Origin: an uncultured Bacteroidia bacterium
Lineage (GTDB): Bacteria > Bacteroidota > Bacteroidia > Bacteroidales > UBA932
Reading direction: 5' to 3'
NCBI GenBank assembly: GCA_902772985.1
Contig: CACYCP010000057.1
Coordinates: 4,643-68,642, forward strand
Length of the DNA stretch: 64,000 bases
Below, in pieces: positions 40,148-49,549 of this stretch (position 1 is the stretch's first letter; every line of letters starts with the position of its first letter). The notes beneath the pieces are model-generated. The model searched no databases and was not told the DNA's origin. It worked only from the letters and a program-made list of their open reading frames with translations. Both the position numbers and the translations under genes were made by a program.

Positions 40148-40861
40148 ATGATTCAGGAACTCTTGGATTTACTGATGCCACGCAGCTGCCTGGTATGCGG
40201 CCGTCGGCTGGGTTCGCAGGAGCGGCACCTTTGCATTTGGTGCGCTTCCGACGCCCCGCTCACTTATTATTGGGAGCGACCCCACAATCCCATGGCCGAC
40301 AGCCTTAACGCCATCCTGGAGCGCTGGCGCCAAGAGGGGGAGCCCATGCAATACTCCTACGCCTCGGCCTATTTTTTCTATCATCAGGAGAATCCCTACA
40401 AGCTCATTCCTCGCGCCCTGAAATACCACCGCAACCTTCCTGCCGGCCGTTTTTTCGCAAGCAAGTTGGGGGCACTTATGGCCTCCAGGCCCCATTGGGC
40501 CGATGTGGATTTGGTGATACCCGTCCCCCTTCATCCACTTCGGAAATGGCGCAGGGGCTACAACCAGGCCGAGGTTCTTGCGGAAGCCATCGCAAAGGAA
40601 ATGGGCGTGCGGATGGATGCGAAAGCCTTGAAACGGGTGCGCCGGACAGGCAGCCAGACCCGCCTTGACGCCGAATCCCGTCTTCAGAATGTCCTTGGCG
40701 TTTTCCGCTTAAGGCATCCCTTCCAGGCGAAGCACATTCTCCTTGTCGATGACACCTTTACTACCGGATCCACCCTTGCTGCCTGCCATCAAACATTACG
40801 GAGCGCCCTGGGGCACTCCGTACGGATTTCTGTTGCAACTCTGTCTGTTGTCCAGGACTAG
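40148..40861 (+). CDS. comF: ComF family protein
   Basis: CLVC...CIWC, PVPLH, RGYNQA, LLVDDTFTTGST. Confidence 0.9.
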   Translation: MIQELLDLLMPRSCLVCGRRLGSQERHLCIWCASDAPLTYYWERPHNPMADSLNAILERWRQEGEPMQYSYASAYFFYHQENPYKLIPRALKYHRNLPAGRFFASKLGALMASRPHWADVDLVIPVPLHPLRKWRRGYNQAEVLAEAIAKEMGVRMDAKALKRVRRTGSQTRLDAESRLQNVLGVFRLRHPFQAKHILLVDDTFTTGSTLAACHQTLRSALGHSVRISVATLSVVQD

Positions 40862-42834
40862 CTTCTAAGCGTCCGCATTGCGTTCGCTACAGCTAGGACG
40901 GTCACGCCTACATCGGCAAAAACGGCCATCCACATGGTTGCGAGGCCAAAAGTGGCCAGCGCCAGCACCAACACTTTCACGCCTATCGCAAAACCGACGT
41001 TCTCCTTTGCGATGCGGATTGTGCGCCGTGCAATCTTCACTGCCGATGCAATCTTAGACGGCTTGTCGTCCATCACCACCACGTCGGCGGCTTCGATTGC
41101 GGCGTCGGAGCCAAGGCCTCCCATTGCGATGCCGACATCGGCCCTCGTGAGCACCGGGGCGTCGTTTATGCCATCGCCAGCAAAGGCAAGAGGCCCTTCA
41201 GGAAGGAGCTCCTCCACCGCCGAAACCTTGTCGGCAGGCAGCAGTTGGGCCAGGTAGCTGTCAATCCCGCATTCCTGTGCCACGGCTTTTGCCACCTCTT
41301 CTCCGTCGCCCGTCAGCATTACGCACTTTTTGATTCCGGCCGATTTCAGGGCGGCGACGCTTTCGGCGGCATCGGCCTTCAGTTTGTCGGAAATGACGAT
41401 ATGACCGGCATATTTGCCGTCGATTGCAAGGTGCACGATGGTGCCGGATTTATGGCAGGGATGCCACGTGGCACCCTCTTTTTCCATCAGGAGACTGTTT
41501 CCTACGGCCACCGTTTTTCCGTTCACTACGGCTTTGATGCCGTGTCCGGCGAACTCCTGTGTCCCGGAAATGCTGCAATCGTCGTTTTCGTCGGGATAGG
41601 CCTGAAGGAGTGCCATTGCGATGGGGTGTGTGGAATGGCGCTCGACGTGAGCCGCAAGATGCAGGAGCTCTTTTTCGTCAATTACTTCGGGATGCACTGC
41701 CGCCACTTCGAAAACGCCTTCGGTAAGGGTTCCGGTCTTGTCGAAGACCACGGTGTGAAGCTTAGAAAGCTTGTCCATAATGTTGGAGCCCTTGATAAGG
41801 ATTCCTTTGCGGGAAGCGCCTCCAAGGCCGCCGAAGAAAGACAGCGGAACGGAAATCACCAGGGCGCAGGGACAGGAGACCACAAGGAACAAAAGCCCGC
41901 GGTAAATCCAGCTGGCCCAGTCGCCGGTAATGAGGCCGGGGACTATCGCGACCACCAGAGCCAGCCCCACCACTATTGGAGTATATACCCGTGCAAAACG
42001 CGTTATGAAGCTTTCGCTGCGTGATTTTTTGGATGCGGCGTTTTCCACCAGGTCCAGGATTTTCGCCGCCGTAGATTCGCCGAAAGCCTTGGTGGTGCGC
42101 ACCCGGAGGACGGCGCTAAGGTTCACGCATCCGGAAAGAATCTCGTCGCCGGGGTGGATGCTCCGCGGGACGCTTTCTCCGGTCAGGGCCACGGTGTCCA
42201 GGCTGGAGTCACCCTCCAGTACAATGCCGTCCAGGGGCACTTTTTCACCGGGACGGATGAGGATGGTCTCTCCGGTAGCGACTTCCTCCGGGTGAACGCT
42301 GAACAGTTTTCCTTCCCTTTCAACATTGGCCGAATCAGGCCGGATTTCCATAAGGTGCGAGATGCTCCGTCGGCTTCGGCCCTCGGCAATCTCCTCGAAA
42401 AGTTCGCCCAGCTGGAAAAACAGCATCACGAATACCGCTTCCGGGAATTGGGTTTCGGCATTGGGAAGAAAGCCGATGCCAAGGGCGCCAAGGGTGGCGA
42501 TACTCATCAGGAAGTCCTCGCTAAGGGCCTCCCCGTGGATCAGTCCCTCGGCCGCCTCCTTCAAACTGTCCCAGCCCACCACCAGGTAGGGAACCAGGTA
42601 CAGCAGCAGATACTGCCACGTGGCCCATTCCGTCTTCTTTTCAATGATAACCGCCGCCACCAGCAGCACTGCCGCCGCAATTATTTTGGTCAATCTTTCT
42701 TTAACGCCCCCCTCTCCGTGATGGTGGTGGTGATGTTCGTGGTGGTGCTCATGATGATGGTGACCGTGCTGGTGATGCCGGTCGTGTTCGTGATGGCAGT
42801 GTCCGCACTCCCCGTGATGGTGCTCGTGTTCCAT
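40858..42834 (-). CDS. Heavy-metal P1B-type ATPase (Zn/Cd class) with His-rich N-terminus
   Basis: LTGES, SCPCAL, DKTGT, HP, GDGINDAP, ADVG; 24 His in the first 39 residues. Confidence 0.95.
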   Translation of the reverse strand: MEHEHHHGECGHCHHEHDRHHQHGHHHHEHHHEHHHHHHGEGGVKERLTKIIAAAVLLVAAVIIEKKTEWATWQYLLLYLVPYLVVGWDSLKEAAEGLIHGEALSEDFLMSIATLGALGIGFLPNAETQFPEAVFVMLFFQLGELFEEIAEGRSRRSISHLMEIRPDSANVEREGKLFSVHPEEVATGETILIRPGEKVPLDGIVLEGDSSLDTVALTGESVPRSIHPGDEILSGCVNLSAVLRVRTTKAFGESTAAKILDLVENAASKKSRSESFITRFARVYTPIVVGLALVVAIVPGLITGDWASWIYRGLLFLVVSCPCALVISVPLSFFGGLGGASRKGILIKGSNIMDKLSKLHTVVFDKTGTLTEGVFEVAAVHPEVIDEKELLHLAAHVERHSTHPIAMALLQAYPDENDDCSISGTQEFAGHGIKAVVNGKTVAVGNSLLMEKEGATWHPCHKSGTIVHLAIDGKYAGHIVISDKLKADAAESVAALKSAGIKKCVMLTGDGEEVAKAVAQECGIDSYLAQLLPADKVSAVEELLPEGPLAFAGDGINDAPVLTRADVGIAMGGLGSDAAIEAADVVVMDDKPSKIASAVKIARRTIRIAKENVGFAIGVKVLVLALATFGLATMWMAVFADVGVTVLAVANAMRTLRS

Positions 42835-42874
42835 AATATCGGTTTTTTAACTGCTGCAAAGTTATGGTATCCCC

Positions 42875-42893
42875 GTTGCAACCCGGTTGCAAC
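42875..42893. promoter_or_regulatory. Palindrome GTTGCAAC-CCG-GTTGCAAC, Zur/Fur-family-like operator on the ATPase promoter
   Basis: Perfect 8-3-8 palindrome covering the -33 region; -7 box TAACTTTG at 42864-42857 (minus). Confidence 0.65.
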
Positions 42894-42953
42894 TTTTCAC
42901 CTGCCTCCCGCCGGCTTGGTCGCATCCTTGGAAATATTTGCTATATTTACGGT

Positions 42954-44546
42954 ATGAAAACAAGAGGCGGCGAAATACTCCTTTCCGGGCGAGCAGCAAC
43001 AGTAGCGACAGCAGCCGTGGCAACGGCGGCGGTGTCGTGCGCGGGAGGAACGGGGGGCGCAAGGCAGCAGGACCTCCGGAGACCAAACGTGGTAATTATC
43101 CTGGCCGATGACCTGGGCTACGGAGACCTTGGCTGCTATGGGGCACGAAATGTCCAAACGCCCAACGTGGACGCCCTGGCACAAGAAGGCGTGCGTTTTA
43201 CCAATGCCTACGCAACCGCCTCGGTATCAACGCCTTCGCGCTATTCGCTACTTACCGGCGCCTATGCCTGGCGAAGGGCCGACACGGATATTGCTGATGG
43301 CGACGCCGGTATGATAATAAGGCCTGGGCAGTACTCCATGGCCGATCTTTTCCGTGACGCCGGCTATGCAACGGGCGCTTTCGGCAAATGGCACCTTGGC
43401 CTTGGAGACCACGGCGGCCAGCAGGACTGGAACGCCCCGCTGCCATTGGCACTGGGCGACATCGGCTTCGATTATTCGTACATTATGGCGGCGACGGGAG
43501 ACCGTGTGCCCTGCGTTTTCATCGAGAACGGGCAGGTGGCGAACTGGGATCCGGAAGCACCGATTGAAGTGAGTTACAAACAGCCTTTCGAAGGCGAACC
43601 CCTGGCGAAAGACCATCCGGAGTTGCTGTACAACCTTAAATCTACGCCCGGCGTGGGGCACAATCAGGCCATTGTGAACGGCATCGGCCGCATAGGCTAT
43701 ATGCGTGGTGGCGGCAGGGCCCTCTGGAAAGACGAAAACATTGCCGATTCAATAACGACGCACGCCTTGAATTTCATAGAGGCGAACAAGGACAGGCCAT
43801 TCTTCGTTTATCTTGCTACTAACGACGTCCACGTCCCCCGCTTCCCCCACCAGCGTTTCCGCGGAGCTAGCGGAATGGGCCTCCGCGGTGACGCAATTGC
43901 CGAATTCGACTGGACGGTTGGTTCTTTGATGGAGAAGTTGGAGCAGCTCGGCCTGGCCGATAACACCATCCTCATCGTCACCAGCGACAACGGCCCCGTG
44001 CTGGAGGACGGCTACCAGGATCAGGCGGCGGAACTCCTTAACGGACACGATCCGGCAGGGAATCTCCGCGGCAATAAATACGGCGTGTACGAGGCTGGGG
44101 CAAGGGTTCCCGCCATCGTCCGATGGAAAGCCGGCGGGGTGCCTTCTGGGGAGGAGTCAGTGGCGCTTGTCTCTCACGTGGACCTATTCGCTTCTTTCGC
44201 CTCTCTCCTTGGCGCCAGCTTGCCCCAAAATGCCGCCGGAGACAGTCAGGATGGCCTTTCGGCCTGGCTTGGCAGCGACCCTGAGGGCCGCGAATACGTT
44301 ATCGAGCAGGCCAATAACCGCTGCCTTTCTGTTCGTACCCGGGAATGGAAATACGTGGAAGCCAGCGACGGTCCCGCCGAATACCGCTGGGCCCCCGGCA
44401 GCGAAACCGGCTTCAAAAAGGAGCCGCAGCTCTTCCATCTCTCCTCTGACCCCCGGGAGCAGGATAATCTTGCATCCCGTGAGCCGGAAGTCGCCCGGGA
44501 GCACCAAAAAATTCTTAACTTTGTCCGATCGAATAATCTTCAATAA
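42954..44546 (+). CDS. Sulfatase (S1, Ser-type), lipoprotein
   Basis: ILADDLGYGD, STPSR, GKWHLG, SDNG, RVP. Confidence 0.93.
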   Translation: MKTRGGEILLSGRAATVATAAVATAAVSCAGGTGGARQQDLRRPNVVIILADDLGYGDLGCYGARNVQTPNVDALAQEGVRFTNAYATASVSTPSRYSLLTGAYAWRRADTDIADGDAGMIIRPGQYSMADLFRDAGYATGAFGKWHLGLGDHGGQQDWNAPLPLALGDIGFDYSYIMAATGDRVPCVFIENGQVANWDPEAPIEVSYKQPFEGEPLAKDHPELLYNLKSTPGVGHNQAIVNGIGRIGYMRGGGRALWKDENIADSITTHALNFIEANKDRPFFVYLATNDVHVPRFPHQRFRGASGMGLRGDAIAEFDWTVGSLMEKLEQLGLADNTILIVTSDNGPVLEDGYQDQAAELLNGHDPAGNLRGNKYGVYEAGARVPAIVRWKAGGVPSGEESVALVSHVDLFASFASLLGASLPQNAAGDSQDGLSAWLGSDPEGREYVIEQANNRCLSVRTREWKYVEASDGPAEYRWAPGSETGFKKEPQLFHLSSDPREQDNLASREPEVAREHQKILNFVRSNNLQ

Positions 44547-44547
44547 T

Positions 44548-45294
44548 ATGGGACTCTTAGACTCAAAAGTTGCGCTCATAACCGGCGCGGCACGCGGAAT
44601 TGGAAAAGCCATCGCCCTTAAATTCGCCAGTGAGGGGGCCGATATCGCCTTCACCGACCTGGAAATCAACGATGCAGCGAAGCAGACAATAGAGGAAATA
44701 TCGGCCTTCGGGCATAAGGTGAAGGGTTATGCCTCAAATGCGGCCTCCTTCGATGAATCGCAAGATGTGGTAGCCCGGATCCTGGAGGACTTCGGACGCA
44801 TCGACATCCTGGTGAACAACGCCGGAATCACGAAGGACGGCCTTGTAATGCGTATGAGCGAAGCCCAGTGGGACGCCGTCATAGACGTGAATATGAAATC
44901 GGCCTTCAATTTCCTGCACGCTGTGGTGCCGATTATGTCTCGCCAGAAGGGCGGAAGCATCATCAATATGGCTTCCATCGCCGGCCAGACCGGAAATCCC
45001 GGGCAGGTGAATTATTCCGCATCGAAGGCGGGACTCATCGCCATGGCAAAGAGCGTTGCGAAGGAAATGGGCCCCCGCGGCATCCGTGCCAACGCCATCG
45101 CTCCGGGTTACGTCATTACCGAGATGACGGAAACGCTGCCCCAGGCCGTCAAGGATGAGTATGTCAAGCTTATCCCGCTGAAACGAGGCGCCACGGTGGA
45201 AGAAATCGCCAACGCCGCCCTCTTCCTGGCATCGGACCTTTCCTCTTTCGTTTCCGGCCAAGTGCTGGCCGTGAACGGAGGAATGTACTGCTAG
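44548..45294 (+). CDS. fabG: 3-oxoacyl-ACP reductase
   Basis: TGAARGIG, NNAGIT, YSASK, APG. Confidence 0.88.
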   Translation: MGLLDSKVALITGAARGIGKAIALKFASEGADIAFTDLEINDAAKQTIEEISAFGHKVKGYASNAASFDESQDVVARILEDFGRIDILVNNAGITKDGLVMRMSEAQWDAVIDVNMKSAFNFLHAVVPIMSRQKGGSIINMASIAGQTGNPGQVNYSASKAGLIAMAKSVAKEMGPRGIRANAIAPGYVITEMTETLPQAVKDEYVKLIPLKRGATVEEIANAALFLASDLSSFVSGQVLAVNGGMYC

Positions 45295-45297
45295 GCT

Positions 45298-46728
45298 ATG
45301 CTTCGCCCTGGAAAACTTCTCCTTCTGGGTGGCACTGCCGCCGCAGCCGTCGCATGCTCCGGCAAGCCTCAGACTAAGCCCAACATTGTTTTTATCCTGG
45401 CCGATGACCTTGGCTGGGGGGACCTTGGCTGCTACGGGCAGCAGCGATTCCAGACACCTAATATAGACGCCCTGGCCCAAAACGGAAAGCTGTTCACACA
45501 ATGCTATTCCGGCACCACGGTCAGCGCCCCCTCACGCTCTTGCCTGGTGACGGGAACGCACAGCGGCCACACCGCAATAAGGGGCAACATGGAACTTCAG
45601 CCGGAAGGCCAATTCCCGCTTCCGGAGGGCTCCGTGACTTTTTTCCACGATTTGAAAGCCGCCGGATACACTACCGGCGCCTTCGGAAAATGGGGGCTTG
45701 GATTTGTGGGCTCGACCGGGGACCCTCAGAAGCAGGGCGTGGACCAATTCTTCGGTTATAACTGCCAGCTGCTGGCTCACAGCTATTATCCGGACCACCT
45801 TTGGGACAACGGCCGACGTGTGGATCTGGACATCTCAGGCCCTTATGGCTCAGGCGTTTATGCTCCTGACCTGATTCACGAAAAGGCGATTGAATTCATG
45901 ACATCGGCCGCGAAGGAGGGGAAACCTTTCTTCCTTTGGTATCCCACCACCATTCCGCACGCCGAACTGATAGTCCCCGAAGACAGCATAATTCAAGGCT
46001 TCCGGGGTAAATATCCGGAAACGCCTTACAAGGGCATAGACGACGGCCCCTATTTCCGAAAGGGCGGATATTGCTCGCAGGAATATCCTCACGCCGCATT
46101 CGCCGCCATGGTCACCCGCCTGGACGATTACGTCGGGGACTTGGTGCGGCAGCTGAAGGATCTTGGCGTTTACGACAACACCATCATCATCTTCAGCAGT
46201 GACAACGGCCCTCATCGGGAAGGTGGTGCCGATCCCGACTTTTTCGACTCAAACGGCCCCTGGCGCGGGTACAAAAGGGATTTATACGAAGGAGGCATAA
46301 GGGTTCCCATGATAGTAAGCTGGAAAGGGCACACCGCTCCGGGAACCCAGACAGACCTGATTTGCAGTTTCTGGGACCTGATGCCGACTTTCCGCGAAAT
46401 CGGCGGCGGTGAATCGGCCGAAAACCTGGATGGACTTAGCCTCCTGCCGCTCCTTGAAGAAAGGGAAGGACAGGCCGAGCACGACTTCCTGTACTTTGAG
46501 TTTCAGGAACTTGACGGCCGGCAGGCGGTGCGCCAAGGCCCCTGGAAACTCCTCCATCTGGACATCCGTTCGGACAGTCCCCGTTACGAACTTTACAATC
46601 TGGAAAGCGATCCGGGCGAAACCACCGACCTTTCCTCCCATCGGCCCGAAATCCTGGCCTCCCTGAAAGCAATTATGGAGCGCGAACACGTTCCCAACCC
46701 CGCTTTTCCGGTCCTGAAAGGAGAATAG
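45298..46728 (+). CDS. Arylsulfatase (S1, Ser-type), lipoprotein
   Basis: ILADDLGWGD, SAPSR, GKWGLG, PH, SDNG, YEGGIRVP. Confidence 0.93.
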   Translation: MLRPGKLLLLGGTAAAAVACSGKPQTKPNIVFILADDLGWGDLGCYGQQRFQTPNIDALAQNGKLFTQCYSGTTVSAPSRSCLVTGTHSGHTAIRGNMELQPEGQFPLPEGSVTFFHDLKAAGYTTGAFGKWGLGFVGSTGDPQKQGVDQFFGYNCQLLAHSYYPDHLWDNGRRVDLDISGPYGSGVYAPDLIHEKAIEFMTSAAKEGKPFFLWYPTTIPHAELIVPEDSIIQGFRGKYPETPYKGIDDGPYFRKGGYCSQEYPHAAFAAMVTRLDDYVGDLVRQLKDLGVYDNTIIIFSSDNGPHREGGADPDFFDSNGPWRGYKRDLYEGGIRVPMIVSWKGHTAPGTQTDLICSFWDLMPTFREIGGGESAENLDGLSLLPLLEEREGQAEHDFLYFEFQELDGRQAVRQGPWKLLHLDIRSDSPRYELYNLESDPGETTDLSSHRPEILASLKAIMEREHVPNPAFPVLKGE

Positions 46729-46729
46729 A

Positions 46730-46834
46730 GTGCCACCTAAGCTTCTGGTAACCAACGCGTTATGCAAATCTCTCGTTCAAATTCCGAACGAGAGATTCCG
46801 GCAAGTGCTTCAGTGACAGGGTGTTAAGTGGCAC
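46730..46834. repeat. 105-bp symmetric element: GTGCCAC terminal inverted repeats, two 25-bp spaced sub-sites, central 12-bp hairpin
   Basis: GTGCCAC 46730-46736 / GTGGCAC 46828-46834; AATCTCTCGTTC 46767-46778 / GAACGAGAGATT 46786-46797. Confidence 0.65.
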
Positions 46835-46883
46835 GGCCGCAAAATTAAAAAATGTAGTAACTTTGCATTCATAAAATAATGTT

Positions 46884-48122
46884 ATGGCAAGTCACATCCA
46901 AAATCCATGTCTGTGGGAGAGCGGAGAGCTGAAAATCCGCTGGGTCCGGGACCATATGCCCCTTCTGGACGGCATACAGAAAGAATTTGAAAAGACAAAG
47001 CCCTTCGAGGGCCTGAAAATAGCGTTGAGCGTGCATCTGGAGGCAAAAACCGCCCACCTGTGCGAGGTGTTCGCTTCGGGCGGGGCAACCATGTACGTCA
47101 CCGGCTCCAACCCCTTGAGCACACAGGATGACGTAGCCGCAGCCCTCGCCCGTCAGGGGATGAACGTCTTCGCCATCCACGGCTGCAGCGAAGAGGATTA
47201 TTTCAAAGACATACGCAGCGTCCTGGAAGTCGGTCCGAACATCATCATCGACGATGGCGGAGACCTTGTCACTACCATACATAACGAATTTCCCCAGCTC
47301 CTTTCCGGCGTGATTGGCGGCTGCGAGGAAACCACTACCGGCATACTTCGCCTTAAAGCAATGGCGGCCGATGACCGTCTCCAGTTCCCCATGATGCTTG
47401 TGAACGATGCCGATTGCAAACATCTTTTCGACAACCGTTACGGTACCGGCCAGAGCGTGTGGGACGGCATAAACCGCACCACCAACCTGATTGTGGCCGG
47501 CAAGGACGTGGTGGTGGCCGGATACGGCTGGTGCGGAAAGGGCGTGGCAATGCGGGCAAAAGGCATGGGTGCGAACGTCATCATCACGGAAGTGGACCCC
47601 ATCAAGGCTATGGAAGCGGTGATGGACGGCTTCAAGGTGATGCCAATGAGGGAGGCCGCCGCCATGGGTGACATCTTTGTCACCGTCACCGGTTGTGCCG
47701 ATGTCATCGGCCCGGAAGAATTCCTCCGGATGAAGGACGGTGCCATCTGTTGCAACGCCGGGCACTTCGACGTGGAGGTGGCTGTGGCCCGCCTGAAGGC
47801 GATGGCTGTGAGCGAAAGGCCCGCCCGCAACAACATCCAGGCCTATACGCTTGAAAACGGGCGCACCATTTATATTCTTGCCGAGGGCCGGCTTGTGAAC
47901 CTAGCTGCCGGCGATGGGCATCCTGCCGAGATTATGGATATGTCCTTCGCCATCCAGGCCCTGAGCGCAAAATACCTGGTGGACAATAAGGGAAGGTTTT
48001 CCCATATGTTGAACAACGTTCCCCGGGAGGTGGACCAGGCCATCGCCCTCCGGAAGCTCTCCCACTGGGGCGTCAGCATCGACACCCTCACTCCTGAGCA
48101 GCAGAAATACTTATTCGGATAA
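46884..48122 (+). CDS. ahcY: S-adenosylhomocysteine hydrolase
   Basis: SNPLSTQD, DDGGD, EETTTG, KHLFDNRYGTG, GYGWCGKG, GRLVNL, GHP. Confidence 0.96.
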   Translation: MASHIQNPCLWESGELKIRWVRDHMPLLDGIQKEFEKTKPFEGLKIALSVHLEAKTAHLCEVFASGGATMYVTGSNPLSTQDDVAAALARQGMNVFAIHGCSEEDYFKDIRSVLEVGPNIIIDDGGDLVTTIHNEFPQLLSGVIGGCEETTTGILRLKAMAADDRLQFPMMLVNDADCKHLFDNRYGTGQSVWDGINRTTNLIVAGKDVVVAGYGWCGKGVAMRAKGMGANVIITEVDPIKAMEAVMDGFKVMPMREAAAMGDIFVTVTGCADVIGPEEFLRMKDGAICCNAGHFDVEVAVARLKAMAVSERPARNNIQAYTLENGRTIYILAEGRLVNLAAGDGHPAEIMDMSFAIQALSAKYLVDNKGRFSHMLNNVPREVDQAIALRKLSHWGVSIDTLTPEQQKYLFG

Positions 48123-49549
48123 TGTCACTGATTCCAATATACTGGTGGAACAAGGAAGTCCACAACTTCCAAATTTCTCAGGAAAAGTTCACCAAGAAAC
48201 CTTGGGCCAAGGGTGTAGTCTTGCTCTCGTGCGTTGCACTGGCAATGCTGCTTGCAAACCTTCCTTTCACAAAGCAGATTTACCACAATTTCCTTAACAC
48301 GGAGTTCACCATCCACCTGGCATCGCCGGACGGACTGGTAAATTGGTTCTTCCCCCGCGGAATGACCATGGAGAAGTTCATCAACGACATCCTGATGGTC
48401 ATTTTCTTCTTCACCGTGGGCCTGGAAATCAAGCGTGAAGTTGTCTGTGGAGAACTTTCTTCCCCTAAAAAGGCCATCCTTCCGCTTATAGCCGCATTCG
48501 GCGGAGTTGTTTTCCCGGCAGTCATTTACGCCATCGTAAACCACGGCACCGTTGCAAGTTCCGGCTGGGGCATCCCCACGGCTACCGATATCGCTTTCGC
48601 GGTGGGCATACTCTCCATCCTGGGAGACAAGGTTCCTATATCGCTGAAAGTTTTCCTCACCGCACTTGCCATTGCCGATGACCTTATCGCCATCCTGGTG
48701 GTCGCCTTGTTCTACGGCGGGAAGATAAACCTTGCGCTGCTTGCTATCGCCATAATAGTGATTCTTTTCGTCGGCGTGATGAAAAAACTGGGCGAGAAGC
48801 GCATCGGTTATTATGTCGTACCTGCAGTCATAGTGTGGTTCCTGTTCTACTACAGCGGCATTCACGCCACAATGACCGGCGTTGTTATAGCCCTTCTTAT
48901 CCCTATGGACGCCCGCTATAACAAGGCCAAGTTCCACCGTCGTGCCAAGATTCTGTACGAGGGCCTGGTGGAATCGGAGCAGGTGCACAGCGGAGAATCT
49001 TTCCCGAACGGCCCCCAGCGCCATTATTTGCGCCGATTGAGCAGCCTCACCAAAAAAGCCATTCCGCCGTCCTACCGTCTGGAGAACAAGCTGAATCCCA
49101 TAGTGAATTACGGCATAATGCCCATTTTCGCCCTGGCCAATGCCGGCGTGGAAATCACCGATGTTTCCTACTTCAACATCTTCAAGGCGGTCGATCCCGT
49201 GCTTGGAAACGTGGGCCTGGGCATTTTCCTGGGCCTGGTTCTGGGGAAACCCGTCGGCATAACCCTGGCGTCGTGGCTGGCCGTAAGGTTCAAGGTGGGA
49301 GCAATGCCGGCCAGAGCGTCTTGGCCGATGCTTTTCGCCGTGGCCTGCCTTGGCGGTATAGGCTTCACGATGTCCATCTTCGTTGATACCCTTTCCTTTG
49401 CGGGGGCCGATATCGCCCCGGAAGTAACCCAGCATCTAAGGGACGCGGGCAAGATTGCCGTCCTTTTGGGATCGCTTGCAGCGGGTATTTTGGGGTCTTT
49501 GCTTATTGGCTGCGTTTCGGCCTTCAAGCGCTACATGGCGCGTAAATAG
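48122..49549 (+). CDS. nhaA: Na+/H+ antiporter NhaA
   Basis: INDILM, GLEIKRE, ATDIAFA, LAIADD, FALANAG, GIGFTMS. Confidence 0.95.
   Translation: MSLIPIYWWNKEVHNFQISQEKFTKKPWAKGVVLLSCVALAMLLANLPFTKQIYHNFLNTEFTIHLASPDGLVNWFFPRGMTMEKFINDILMVIFFFTVGLEIKREVVCGELSSPKKAILPLIAAFGGVVFPAVIYAIVNHGTVASSGWGIPTATDIAFAVGILSILGDKVPISLKVFLTALAIADDLIAILVVALFYGGKINLALLAIAIIVILFVGVMKKLGEKRIGYYVVPAVIVWFLFYYSGIHATMTGVVIALLIPMDARYNKAKFHRRAKILYEGLVESEQVHSGESFPNGPQRHYLRRLSSLTKKAIPPSYRLENKLNPIVNYGIMPIFALANAGVEITDVSYFNIFKAVDPVLGNVGLGIFLGLVLGKPVGITLASWLAVRFKVGAMPARASWPMLFAVACLGGIGFTMSIFVDTLSFAGADIAPEVTQHLRDAGKIAVLLGSLAAGILGSLLIGCVSAFKRYMARK

Noticed and set aside
46729-46883. SAH riboswitch upstream of ahcY
   Set aside because: A -7 box (TAACTTTG) ends only ~18 nt before the ATG, and no SAH consensus is visible.
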